A stretch of 64,000 bases of DNA from an uncultured Gemmatimonadales bacterium (GCA_963716255.1 OY970303.1:8192001-8256000), one strand, 5' to 3'. Positions 30,978 to 41,300 are shown, numbered from the stretch's first letter. Made by a program: numbers and translations. Notes: generated by a model from the letters alone, not told the origin.

Positions 30978-31862
30978 TCACGGACGCTGGAGGAGCCGCT
31001 CGCGGAGGACGGTGGGGGCGAGCTGGGAGCCCAGGAACTCGCGGGCCTCGTCCGGCCCGGCGCCGATCACCTCCTCGACCTCCTGGAGGAGCGCGGCGTC
31101 CATCTCCTCGGCGGAAAGCTCGGCGCGGGCGAGGGCGTTCCACGCTTCGTCCTCCCACCCCTCGCCGGCGGAGGCGAGGGCGGAAAGCAGCTGGGCCTCC
31201 ATGTCGCCGGGGCGCTCGGCGGCGGCGCGGTGCAGCGCCTCGGCGGCCTCCTCGCTGCGTCCGGCCTCCAGCAGCGCCATGCCCAGGAGGCCGCGCAGCC
31301 ACGCGTCCTCGGCGTCGGCGGCGACGGCTTCCTCCAGCTCGGCGATGCCGTCGTCGCGCCGCCCGGCCAGCAGGTAGGCGATGGCCAGCTCGGCGCGGAC
31401 GACGACCTCCTCGGCGCCCTCCGGGGCGAGGCCGCGGGCGGCCTCCAGCTCGCGGACGGCGTCCTCGAACATCCCCTCGCGCGCCAGGTACGCGCCGTAC
31501 GAGACGCGGGCGAAGGCCAGGTCGGGCGCGGTGATGGCGGCCAGGCGCAGGGCGCTCTCGGCGTCGGGATCGTCGTACACGGCGACGCCGTTCCCCGCGG
31601 TGGCCAGGATGAAGGGGTCCTGCGGCTCGGCGGCCAGGGTGCGGCGGAAGAAGTCGTACGCCTCGCCGTCGCTCCCCAGCTCGCGGGAAGCGACGCCCAG
31701 TGCGACGAGCAGCGCGGGGTCCTCGGGGTGGTCCTCCAGCTCTTCCAGGAGGAGGTCGCGCGCTTCGTCCCACCGCCCCTCCTCGCCGAGGGTGGCGGCG
31801 TGCTCCAGGAGCTCTTCCAAGGGGGTCTCGTCCGGGTCGGATCGTGTGCTCACCGATGCCAT
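30978..31862 (-). CDS. Tetratricopeptide repeat protein
   Basis: Repeated helical A/L/G TPR-like pattern; start uncertain. Confidence 0.75.
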   Translation of the reverse strand: MASVSTRSDPDETPLEELLEHAATLGEEGRWDEARDLLLEELEDHPEDPALLVALGVASRELGSDGEAYDFFRRTLAAEPQDPFILATAGNGVAVYDDPDAESALRLAAITAPDLAFARVSYGAYLAREGMFEDAVRELEAARGLAPEGAEEVVVRAELAIAYLLAGRRDDGIAELEEAVAADAEDAWLRGLLGMALLEAGRSEEAAEALHRAAAERPGDMEAQLLSALASAGEGWEDEAWNALARAELSAEEMDAALLQEVEEVIGAGPDEAREFLGSQLAPTVLRERLLQRP

Positions 31863-32105
31863 TCCGTTTGCGTGCGTGGGTGCCGGCGGAAGCAAGTCCT
31901 CTGCCAGACGGCAGCGGCCGCGTCACGGACGCCGGCACCTCTCCCGGAAGTATAGGCGACCGAGCAGGAGGTGGCGAGTGCGGCCCCCACCCGGCGGCCC
32001 GAGAGCCCCCACCCTCCCCCGTTCCGGGGGAGGGAAATCTCCACGCTGACGATCCTCGCCCTCCGGCGTGTCGTGGCAGTTCCGCACTACCCACCTGATC
32101 CTTTA

Positions 32106-32235
32106 CGGAGGGAGACAGCCGGGCGGTTTCGGCTGGCTCCCTCCGGCGAAGGGAGACGCGGGGGCAGTTTCCCGTGGCTCCCGGAGCCCGCGTAGGAAAC
32201 AGGCCGGCTGTTTGGCCTGGTTCCGGAGCGGCCCC
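32106..32235 (+). repeat. Family A repeat copy 5
   Basis: Three modules; stems AGCCG, GCGGG/CCCGT, AGGCC. Confidence 0.85.
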
Positions 32236-32461
32236 ACGCATAGAACCCCGTGCCACACGCAAGTACGCCCGCAGCGGCCAAGACGCGTCGCGGATCGAAT
32301 CCCCGCGCGCACAAACACCACGGAACAATAGCGTTGCAGCCACTCCGACCGCGAGTCGGACGCGAAAGCCACACCGGCCGGGGGTTGTCGCGACGCATGC
32401 CTGGAAATAACATTGTGCGCGCCCGACCGGGCATCCACACCGACCCTCTCGCTGCACACGA

Positions 32462-33309
32462 ATGACCGACACAACGCAGCCCCGCCTCGCGCGCGTCACC
32501 ACCGTAGGAAACCTCAAGGGCGGCTCCGGCAAGACCACCAACGCCGTGAACCTGGCCTGCATGCTCGGCCACGGCATCGGGGGGCTGCCGCCGCAGCGCG
32601 TCCTGTTCATCGACCTGGAGCCGCTGCGCACCGCCAGCCGCTGGCTGGGCGTGGAGGCGCCGTCGGCGGAACAGAGCAGCGCCGTGCTCTTCCAGGCGGT
32701 GCCGCGGGGCGGCGACCGCGAGGCGCACCTGGAGCGCCTGCGGGGCGCGATCCAGCGGGCGGAGAACGAGCCGGTGGACCTGGTCCCGGCCCACGCGGAC
32801 GGGCTGGAGGGGGCGGACGGGGTGCGCGGCAAGGAGTTCGACCTCAAGGACAACCTGGCGCTGGTGGCGGCGGACTACGATTTCGTCTTCATCGACCTGC
32901 CGGGGTCGCGCACGGGGCGCCTGATCCGCTCGTCGCTGGTGGCGAGCGAGGGGGTGCTGGTGCCGCTGCAGCCGGGGGGAACTCCATCGAGAGCACGATG
33001 GACTTCTTCGAGATGGTCGAGGAGATCCGGCGCGGGGCGAACCCCATGCTCCAGGTGGACGGGATCGTGATCTCCACGGCGGGCCCGCGCGGCGACGTGG
33101 ACGCGCAGATCGCGGCGGACACGCTGGCGGAGGTGCTCCCCTACTACAGCGTGTACGCGGCGCGCATCCGCACGCTCAAGGCGATCCAGCGCGCGAGCTC
33201 GTTCCGCGTGAGCGTGCAGAGCATGGGCGACCGCGAGGCGATCCGCGACTTCACGGCGCTCGCGGAGGAGTGGATGCAGGCGATCGGGCGGGCGGAGGCG
33301 GCGGTCTGA
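32462..33309 (+). pseudogene. parA: ParA family ATPase, frameshifted at G6 run (32974-32979)
   Basis: NLKGGSGKTT, LFIDLEP, YDFVFIDLPG, VLVPLQP; C-terminus (NSIESTMDFFEM...DFTALAEE) continues in another frame. Confidence 0.85.
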
Positions 33310-34298
33310 TGGCCAGGTTCAACGCGGCGGCCCTGCGCGACCGGGCCAAGCAGAACCTGGCGCAGTCGGCGGCGCCCGCGGTGGCGGCGAAGCAGGAGAC
33401 GGAGCAGCTGCTGAGCGGGGTGCGGACGGGGAACGCGACGCTCCCCATCGAGCAGATCCAGCCGGACCCGGACCAGCCGCGCAAGGCGTTCGAGCGCGAG
33501 GGGCTGGACGAGCTGAAGCGCGCGATCCTGGCGCTGGGCGGGCTGGAAAACCCCATCCAGATCTACTACCGGGAAAGCGTCGGCTTCACCATCAAGCACG
33601 GGGAGCGGCGCTTCCGGGCGCTCGGCGAGCTGCTGGAGGAGGGGCACGACCGGTTCCGGCAGGTGCCGGTGCTGATGAGCCCGCCGCCGGACCGCACGCC
33701 GGAGGGGGAGCAGCGGCTGCGCATCGCGCAGGTGGTGGAGAACAACGTCCGCCGCGGCCTCCTGCCGCTGGAGACGGCGGAGCAGTTCCACCTGATCGCC
33801 ACCGCCGGCCGCGACGAGCCCCTGGCCGCGACGCGACTGGCGGAGCTCACCGGCACGGAGGAGCGGGTGGTGCAGCGCTACCTGTTCGTGGTGGGCGGGC
33901 TCTCGGACGGGGAGCGCGCGAGCCTGCGCGAGGCGTGGCCGGACGCGCCTCTGCGGCCGCTGTACGCGCTGGTGCAGTGGCTGGGGGAACACGGCCCCCG
34001 CCTGGACGGAGCCGCGCGGGCGACGGCGATCGACCGGTTCACGCGCGAGCGCCCGACGGAGCGCATGGTGCGGGTGGCGCTGCGCGACCTTGCCCCCAGG
34101 AAGAAGCCGGGGCGGCAGGCGCGGAAGCGCTTCTCCTCGGGGACCACGAAGACGGGGGCGTTCCAGGTGAAGCTGACGCTGCCGCCGGAGATGATGCGGG
34201 ACGCGGAGTCGATCCGGAAGGCGCGCGCGGACCTCCAGAAGGTGCAGGAGCAGCTGGAGGAGATGGAGCGGGCGCTGGAGGGCGGCGCCGCGGAGTAG
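33309..34298 (+). CDS. parB: ParB/Spo0J-like partition protein
   Basis: PDQPRKAF, GERRFRA arginine patch, ENNVRRGLLPLE, HTH-like region; TGATG coupling to parA. Confidence 0.85.
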   Translation: MARFNAAALRDRAKQNLAQSAAPAVAAKQETEQLLSGVRTGNATLPIEQIQPDPDQPRKAFEREGLDELKRAILALGGLENPIQIYYRESVGFTIKHGERRFRALGELLEEGHDRFRQVPVLMSPPPDRTPEGEQRLRIAQVVENNVRRGLLPLETAEQFHLIATAGRDEPLAATRLAELTGTEERVVQRYLFVVGGLSDGERASLREAWPDAPLRPLYALVQWLGEHGPRLDGAARATAIDRFTRERPTERMVRVALRDLAPRKKPGRQARKRFSSGTTKTGAFQVKLTLPPEMMRDAESIRKARADLQKVQEQLEEMERALEGGAAE

Positions 34299-34459
34299 AG
34301 AACCGGCAGAGCCAGCACGAGCGGACTTGCGGGGCGGGGGGCCATGGCGCCCCCCGCCCCGCTCGCCGTCGGAGCCGCCACCCGGCCCCTCCAACCGCTG
34401 CACGCGCAGCGTGCGGCGCCGTGGCCCAAACGCCGGATCTCTCGGTCACGCCGGAGCTT

Positions 34460-34596
34460 GCGTGAGGGATTACGGCCCGAAGGGGCGAGACCCGCGGGCA
34501 GTTTCGCGGGGCTCGACTCCGTTGAGCAGCGTTGTTTGCTGCTCTACGGAGCCGAAGCCCGACCCCGGCGCCCGCCGGGGGCACGCCCGACCCCGC
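34460..34596 (+). repeat. Family B repeat copy 3
   Basis: Near-identical to 7591-7729 with compensatory stem changes. Confidence 0.85.
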
Positions 34597-34617
34597 AGTT
34601 GAAAGCCGTTCCAGCCG

Positions 34618-35874
34618 TCACCCCGGCAGCTCCGCCAGCCGGCGCTCCAGAAACCGCCGTTCGGGCTCCTGCCGCGCGAGCGCCAGCGCCCGCTCGTACG
34701 AGGCGCGGGCCTCCGCCGTTCTCCCCAGCCGCCGGCACAGGTCGGCCCTCGCCGAGTGGGCCAGGTGGTAGTCCGCGAGCTCGCCGCGCGCCAGGATCGC
34801 GTCCACCCGGGCGAGCCCCGCCGGCGGCCCGTCGCGCATGGCGATCGCCACGGCGCGGTTCAGCTCCACCACGGGCGAGGGCTCCGCCCGCGCGAGCACG
34901 TCGTACAGCCCCACGATCTGCGCCCAGTCGGTCGCGGCCGCGTCGGGCGCCTCGGCGTGCACCGCCGCGACTGCGGCCTGGAGCGCGTACGGCCCGAACC
35001 GCCGCGACCGCAGCGACCGCTCCACCAGCGCGCATCCCTCCGCGATCAGCCCGCGGTCCCAGAGCGAGCGGTCCTGGTCCGCCAGCAGGACCAGCTCACC
35101 GCCGGAAGAGGTGCGGGCGGCGCACCGCGACTCGTGCAGGAGCATCAGTGCGAGGAGTCCCAGTGCCTCGGGCTCGGGGAGCAGTTCCGCGAGCAGCCGA
35201 CCCAGGCGGATCGCCTCGCCCGAAAGGCCGGGGCGCGTCAGCGACTCGCCGGACGACGCGGAGTAGCCCTCGTTGAAGACCAGGTAGACCACGTGCAGCA
35301 CGGCGTCGAGACGGTCGGGGAGCTCGGCGGGCGACGGCACCTGGTAGGGGATGCGGGCGTCGCGGATCTTGGCTTTTGCGCGGACGATCCGCTGGGCGAG
35401 CGTGGAAGGCGCAGCGAGGAAGGCGCGCGCGATCTCCTCGGTGGTCAGGCCGCAGACCTCGCGCAGCGTCAGCGCGACTCGGGCGTCCGGCGACAGCGCG
35501 GGGTGGCAGCAGGTGAAGACCAGCCGCAGCCGGTCGTCGTCCACGCCGCCGTCGTCCGGCTCGGGGCCGTCCCGGCCGCGCCGGTCCAGGTGCTCCGCGA
35601 TCTCCCCCAGCCGGGCGTCGAAGCGGGCGCGCCGGCGCAGGGCGTCGATGGCCCGGAAGCGGCCGGCCGACACCAGCCAGGAGCGGGGATTCGCGGGCAC
35701 GCCGGTGCGCGGCCAGCGCTCCATGGCCGCGACGAACGCGTCGTGCAGCGCCTCTTCGGCCAGGTCGAAGTCGCCGAGCAGGCGGATCAGGGTGGCGAGG
35801 ACGCGGCGCGACTCGGAGCGGTAGACCGCGTCCACCAGCTCCCGCATCCGCCCGGCAGCGTCCCCGCTCTCCAC
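34618..35874 (-). CDS. ECF42-type sigma factor with C-terminal TPR-like extension
   Basis: [43 protein letters not shown]; adjacent to YciI. Confidence 0.9.
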   Translation of the reverse strand: MESGDAAGRMRELVDAVYRSESRRVLATLIRLLGDFDLAEEALHDAFVAAMERWPRTGVPANPRSWLVSAGRFRAIDALRRRARFDARLGEIAEHLDRRGRDGPEPDDGGVDDDRLRLVFTCCHPALSPDARVALTLREVCGLTTEEIARAFLAAPSTLAQRIVRAKAKIRDARIPYQVPSPAELPDRLDAVLHVVYLVFNEGYSASSGESLTRPGLSGEAIRLGRLLAELLPEPEALGLLALMLLHESRCAARTSSGGELVLLADQDRSLWDRGLIAEGCALVERSLRSRRFGPYALQAAVAAVHAEAPDAAATDWAQIVGLYDVLARAEPSPVVELNRAVAIAMRDGPPAGLARVDAILARGELADYHLAHSARADLCRRLGRTAEARASYERALALARQEPERRFLERRLAELPG

Positions 35875-35885
35875 AGGTGATTCTC

Positions 35886-36242
35886 CTACGGCGCGGCGAA
35901 GTCCACGACGGGCCGCACCTCGATGCTCCCGATGCGGGCCGAAGGGATCTTCGCGGCCACCTGGATGGCGTCGTTCAGGTCGCGCGCCTCGATGAGGTAG
36001 AACCCGCCCAGCTGCTCCTTGGTCTCGGCGAACGGTCCGTCGGTCGTGGACACCCTGCCGCCGCGGACCCGCACGGTCGTCGCGGTCTCCACCGGCTGCA
36101 GGGCCTCCCCGGCGAGGTAGTGGCCGCTCGCCTTGATCCCCCCGGTGAAGGCGAAGTACTCGCCCATGAAGGCGTCCGTCTCCTCCCGGGACATCGCGGC
36201 CACCGTCTTTTCCTCGTCGTAGATCAGGCACAGGTACTTCAT
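35886..36242 (-). CDS. YciI/DGPF family protein
   Basis: [23 protein letters not shown]. Confidence 0.92.
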   Translation of the reverse strand: MKYLCLIYDEEKTVAAMSREETDAFMGEYFAFTGGIKASGHYLAGEALQPVETATTVRVRGGRVSTTDGPFAETKEQLGGFYLIEARDLNDAIQVAAKIPSARIGSIEVRPVVDFAAP

Positions 36243-36392
36243 GGCTCCCTCCGGGTGATGATGAAAACGGTCGTGGACGCACATGGTCGTTCGGGAGTGC
36301 CCGAAATCGACAGTCCACCGCGCGGGGCCGTACCCGGCCGCTTCAAGCGGAGCGAGCCCCCCACCGGGATCTCCGGTGCGGGGCTCGCATGC

Positions 36393-36451
36393 AGGTGCCT
36401 GGGGCGGGACTCGAACCCGCAAGCCTCGCGGCGGGCGATTTCAAGTCCGCC
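36393..36451 (-). other. 3' fragment of a tRNA (probably Leu); putative att site
   Basis: Minus strand: variable arm GCC-GCGA-GGC, T-arm GCGGG-TTCGAGT-CCCGC, acceptor half CCCAGGC-A-CC; no 5' half. Confidence 0.75.
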
Positions 36452-36684
36452 TTCCCGGCTGCCGAATGTTGACTTTCAAGGGTTTTCATCCCCTACCCTG
36501 CCCCGTCATGCCGTCCGTTGCCGCACGAATGGATGCAGGAACGGAGGCAACAAAATAATTCTTTCTCGGCGACGGGCAACCCGGTTGGCGAGAACGTTGG
36601 CCACTGAGCTGAGTATGCCACGGCACTTGCCCAGCCGGCTCTTCCGGCTCTGATCGATGATCCTACCAAACCGGGGCGGTGCCA

Positions 36685-38077
36685 TAGCAGCTCGCTGAAA
36701 ATCGGCAGCCTGAAGTCTGACGTGGAAAACTTCCGGCTCAGGATCAGCGAAACTAGGCTTCACCGGCGTGTGGGGTGCCCGATGTCCCGCCCGTGCAGCC
36801 ATTTTCGGCGTGCACGGGCACACTGCGCCTCAGGCAGAGGCCGGCAAACAGGGTGCAAGCCGCGCCAGGCGCAGGAGGTTGTACGCGGCACCCACGATCA
36901 GCGCCTTCTGCGTCAGCTTCCAGCGATCCACGTGGCGGCTCCTGCGCATCCCACCGATCTCCTTCGCCCAGCCGAAGATCTCCTCGATCCGTTTGCGCTT
37001 GCGTTGCGAGAGGGCGTACTCCGGCGTACCCATCTGCTCTCGGGCTCGGCTGCGCGCTTCGGCTCCCTTGGCATCCGGGGCGATCGGCCCCTCCGGGATC
37101 GGCACGTGCGCGCTCACGCCGGCCTGATCGGCTGCCTGGAGGAACGGACCACCGGGATAGCCCCCATCCAGGCCCACCGTGCGCTCCACAGGCAGGTCGT
37201 GCCGAGTCCGGCTGCGTTCCAGCAGCAGCAGCGCCTGGTCGCGCTCTCCCGTCCCATCGGCCTCCACCACGCTGACGTCGATCAGCAACCCGTGCCGGTT
37301 CTCCATCAGCGCGTTCAGCAGATGGCACAGCCGCGCCGCTACACCCTTGCTCTTCGTTGCCAGACGCGCCTCGGGGTCCGTGAGCGAGCGGTGTGTCGCG
37401 TTGGTCCGCTTCTCTTTGCGGAAGTTCACCGAGGGATTGCCCGTGTCGCCATCCTTCGAGCCGTCGCTGACCTTCTCGTCCCGGCTGCCGATCTTGCGCA
37501 GGCTCTTCATCGAGGCATAGCTCTCGATCAGGCTGCCGTCGATCGAGAAGTGCTCCTGGCTCGCCAACTCCTCCAGGTACGCCCCCTCGACGATCCGCTC
37601 AAAGAAGGTGCGCACCAGCCCATGCTTCTCGAACCGATCCCGGTTCTGCGTGAACGTGGTCGCGTCCCAGACTCCGGCATGCGGCTCCAGGTCCAGGAAT
37701 CACCGGTAAGCCAAGTTTACCCCGATCTGCTCCACCAGCATCCGCTCCGAGCGGATCGAGTGAAGCGCCTGAAGAAGCAGCGCTTTCAGCAGCATCTCCG
37801 GCGGGATGCTCGCCCGTCCCAGCGCCGCGTAAGCGCGGTCGAAGTCGGGGCTCATCCCCGCCAGCACCGCATCGGCTCGCGCCTTGACCGCCTGCAGTGG
37901 ATGCGCGGGCGAGAGCAGGCTCTCCGGATCGTAGAAGATCCACATCGCGTGCTGCTGGCTGACCCGTCCGCGCATCGCTCGCTGCTCCCCGGTAAGGGTG
38001 GGGAAGAGTTTTCCCCAATCGACGACGCCACCCTCTCGCGCGCACGCGCATGCGAGACCTTTTTCAGCAACCCGCTA
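36685..38077 (-). mobile_element. IS5-family insertion sequence (about 1.39 kb)
   Basis: Imperfect terminal IRs TAGCAGCTCGCTGAAAA / TAGCGGGTTGCTGAAAA enclosing the transposase. Confidence 0.8.
36830..37975 (-). pseudogene. IS5-family DDE transposase with in-frame stop at 37700-37702
   Basis: GRASIPPEMLLKALLLQ, IRSER, YR*FL, FSIDGS, RKRIEEIFGWAK; both ORF parts are in the same frame. Confidence 0.88.
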
Positions 38078-38356
38078 TCGGGCGGTGGCGCACCTCGGCG
38101 GAGCGCGACCCACCAGCACCAGGGGAGCGCACCGATCGTCGCGCTCCCCGCTCTTTCACACGTGCCGCGTGGTTCCAGTCAGGGATCCTTGCGAACCGGC
38201 ACTCATTCCGTGCGAGACATGCGAATGGCCCCGCTCGGGGGCGAAGCCCGAGGTGAAGCCCGCCCGGCAGCTAGAGCAGATCGCCGGGTCTGGAACGATG
38301 CCCGGCATGTACTCACGCAGGTCGCTGCTGCCGGCGCGGGGAGAGGGCTGCTCGGA

Positions 38357-38884
38357 TCATGCGGAGCCCGTGACGGGACCGGTTCCGAGTGCGTGCCGGC
38401 GGATGCGGGCCAACTCGGCGTCGAGCGCGGCGAGCCGCTCACGCAGCACGGCGGAGCGATGCCGCTCCGCCATGATCCATAGTGCTGCCCCCAACAGCGC
38501 GGCCCCGAGGGCCGCGGCGCCCCCCGCGCCCACGCTGAGAGGTCGATGGAAGGCGTGGTGGGTGAGCAGCAGGACAGCGAGTCCCGCTGCGACGATCCAC
38601 CCGCCGGCCGCGTGCGGCGAGCGCCGGGCACCCTGCTTTCCCCCACGAGCCGCGCCTTTTGTCCGGGCCAGCAGGCGCTTCCTGACTTCCACCGCCCGGA
38701 TCGCGTCCATGGGCCGTGGCGGCGGGAGATAGAGTTCGGCCAGCAGCGCGTCCTGTACCTTCGCGAACGCACCTGCGCATTCCCCGCACTCCCGGAGGTG
38801 GACGAGGAGAGCTGCCCTCTCAGCCCCGGACAGCAGGGTAAGACCGGATTGGAGCTGCTGGTGCTCTCGATCGAAAGGATTCAC
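38357..38884 (-). CDS. zf-HC2 anti-sigma-like membrane protein
   Basis: HLRECGEC, two hydrophobic segments; 4-bp overlap with the sigma gene. Confidence 0.7.
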   Translation of the reverse strand: MNPFDREHQQLQSGLTLLSGAERAALLVHLRECGECAGAFAKVQDALLAELYLPPPRPMDAIRAVEVRKRLLARTKGAARGGKQGARRSPHAAGGWIVAAGLAVLLLTHHAFHRPLSVGAGGAAALGAALLGAALWIMAERHRSAVLRERLAALDAELARIRRHALGTGPVTGSA

Positions 38885-39501
38885 TGGGCACGATCCCTCA
38901 GGATGGACAACTTTTCCCTCAGCTTCCGGAAAGCGAGCCGTACCCGGGTCTTCACCGTCCCGAGCGGCTGTCCGGTGTGCTCGGCGATCTCCGACTGGCT
39001 CATCCCCCCGTAGTAGGCGAGCTCGATCGTCTGGCGCTGGTCGGCCGGGAGCGACCCGATGGCGAGCGCCACCATCTCGCAGCGCTCAGTCTCCTCCGCC
39101 CCGTCGAGCGGGCTTTCCGAGGCGGAGTCGACGGGAACCTCCGCCGCGTCTTCGGCGAGCTCCACCTCCCGTTGCCGCCGCCGCGTCCGTGAGCGTCGCC
39201 GGTCGAGCGCGCGGCTCCGCGTGATCATCGCCAGCCAGGTGGACACCGCCGACCGTTCCGGCTGATAGCACTCCGGCTGGCGCCACACCTGCCAGAAGAC
39301 CTCCTCCACCACCTCCGCCGCATCATCCGAATCCTCGAGCAGCTGGATCGCCACGGAATGGACCAGCGTCACCCAGCGGTCATACAGCAAAGCGAGCGCA
39401 GCTTCGTCCCCCGTGCCGGTGCGGCGGAGAAGCTCGCGATCGTAGGCAGCATCGGGTGCGGCAGGGATTTCTCCGGGGGGAGTTGCGCGCCCTCCCGTCA
39501 C
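38881..39501 (-). CDS. ECF sigma factor (SigK-like)
   Basis: ALALLYDR, WLAMITRSRALDRRR, ELAYYGGMSQSEIA...PLGTVKTRVR; start uncertain. Confidence 0.88.
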   Translation of the reverse strand: MTGGRATPPGEIPAAPDAAYDRELLRRTGTGDEAALALLYDRWVTLVHSVAIQLLEDSDDAAEVVEEVFWQVWRQPECYQPERSAVSTWLAMITRSRALDRRRSRTRRRQREVELAEDAAEVPVDSASESPLDGAEETERCEMVALAIGSLPADQRQTIELAYYGGMSQSEIAEHTGQPLGTVKTRVRLAFRKLREKLSILRDRAQ

Positions 39502-39759
39502 GAGGCACCCGGCGACGGCGGCCTCAGTGAACGGTACGGGACGGAAGACACAGCTGGATCCATGAAAGCTCGGAGGGGTTGCGGGACCCGGACAGCGCGC
39601 GGATCGCGTACGCAAGCGCCACACCTGGGAAACATCCGTCTACGAGCGAAGGAGGAGCCATGCGAGAGGCGAGTCTGCAGGGGCGGACCCCGGTCTCTCC
39701 GGTCGAACGACGGTCGGAGGAATGCTGAAAGCGGCGCGGCGAGACCCAGGCTGCGCATC

Positions 39760-39940
39760 TCGCCCCCGCCGGTACGTCGTCCCGCCGGGCCACCTGTGGC
39801 TCTTCGGCACGCACTCGCCGCGGGCGATCGACAGCCGCTATTCCGGACCCGTCCCCGAGAGCCGCGTACGCGCGTTCTGGCGCCCGCTCTGGACCGAGGA
39901 CCTTTCCATTGTCAGCCCCGCTTGGCACCGGGTCCGGTGA
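39760..39940 (+). pseudogene. C-terminal remnant of S26 (TraF-type) signal peptidase
   Basis: VVPPGHLWLFGTHSPRAIDSRYSGPVP...RPLWT; no N-terminal half. Confidence 0.65.
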
Positions 39941-40069
39941 GGGATTCTCGGAATGCTTCGAACCTTGAGAGCGGCGCTTGCAGGTCCGTGGAGCGGTAGA
40001 AGCGATGGCACGTCCACGGCATCAATCCGGTTCCGGTCTCGACCCCACGCGTAGAACCACTGAAGCCCG

Positions 40070-40462
40070 TCAGCCGACGCCCGCCCTGAGCAGGGACGTC
40101 TCGCCGAGGCCCACTGCCGCCGCCTCCCGGCATCCCTGGTGCGCCTCGAGGTGCATCCGCAGCATGGCCTCCGTTCCCCGGGTCCAGAAGAGAACTCCGT
40201 CTCCTCCGTACCGGACCCCGGAAGCGGCTTCCACCTGTTGCAGCTCCACGGTGCGGTCGGGGAGCACGATCGTGGCGCCGCCTGGGTAGACCTGCACGGT
40301 GAAGCGGTAGCCGCCGGGGCACACGTAGCTGTAGGTGCCCGGCACTCCGGAGGGTGGCGGCTGTGGCGGGGCCGGTGGCGGCAGCCAGCTGCACCCCGCC
40401 GGCACGGCGAGGCCGAGAAGGCAGACGACCCACACCCCACTCCCCCAGGCCGGCCTGGACAT
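40070..40462 (-). CDS. MliC-family lysozyme inhibitor lipoprotein
   Basis: Lipobox PAGC, YVC, AASGVRY, FWTRGTEA, second Cys. Confidence 0.8.
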   Translation of the reverse strand: MSRPAWGSGVWVVCLLGLAVPAGCSWLPPPAPPQPPPSGVPGTYSYVCPGGYRFTVQVYPGGATIVLPDRTVELQQVEAASGVRYGGDGVLFWTRGTEAMLRMHLEAHQGCREAAAVGLGETSLLRAGVG

Positions 40463-40871
40463 CGGAATCCTCCATCGTGCTGCGTCCCGGACCGTCGGCG
40501 TCCGGTTCCTGCCCAACCTCGCTTCCGGCGCGCGATGCCGGCTTGAACGTTGTTTTCCACCCGACCTCCCAGTCCCGATCGCTCCCGTGGCAGCGCGGCG
40601 CATCCCCGCGAAGGATGGTTCTGCCGCGGACGGACGAACTGCTCCCGCGGATCGGCTCCGGCTTCGATTTCACCGGCCAAGAACGTCCAAGAATCCCATC
40701 CCCTCCTCCCCCCACCTTCCTCACGTCGGGCGGCATGGGAGCCGGACGGCGGCCGGAGCGAGGCGGTCCCGCCCTCCACCGCGCCTGCCCGGCTCCCCGC
40801 TCGTCCCGCGGCGCTGCCCCTGCACGGCGCTCCCCCGTGCGGAGGACGAAACCCTCTCGAATCTCCCGGCC

Positions 40872-41300
40872 ATGACTGCATATGTCGAAGCTCCCCTCGA
40901 AGGCGACGAGAGCCGCCGGGACGTCGCGGAGGATCTACGGGCGCGGATGGACGCGTGGTGGGAAGAGGTGGGGAGGAGCATGAGCCGCGTCGGCTCCGGC
41001 CTGCGCGTCGACCCGGACGACGGTCCGGCTTCCCTACCCCGCAGGAGGGCGCCGCGCAGGCGAGCCGCGGTCACCGAGGTTGTCGTCCCGGCCGAAGCCG
41101 AGGGCGTGTTCGTAGCCGGTCACCGCCCCGGCGCTGCCGGCACGCTCTACCTCAAGGGCGGCCGCGCCACCCGGGTGTCCGCCTGCCTCGGTCGCCTCCC
41201 ACGCGCCTCCGCAGCGGGCGGTGTGGACCGGGACGAGCCGTCGCTGCTGCGTTTCGAGTTCCGCCGAGCGGACGGCGGATCGGGACGGAAACGCCCCTGA
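40872..41300 (+). CDS. Hypothetical protein
   Basis: ATG ORF with plausible codon bias, downstream of the promoter motif at 40678. Confidence 0.45.
   Translation: MTAYVEAPLEGDESRRDVAEDLRARMDAWWEEVGRSMSRVGSGLRVDPDDGPASLPRRRAPRRRAAVTEVVVPAEAEGVFVAGHRPGAAGTLYLKGGRATRVSACLGRLPRASAAGGVDRDEPSLLRFEFRRADGGSGRKRP

Noticed and set aside
36393..36451. Intact tRNA gene (TGA in the loop would suggest Ser)
   Set aside because: No 5' acceptor strand or D-arm and the anticodon stem is mispaired; treated as a fragment, identity tentative
36460..36684. Possible integrase remnant next to the tRNA fragment
   Set aside because: No recognisable tyrosine-recombinase motif in the frames I read
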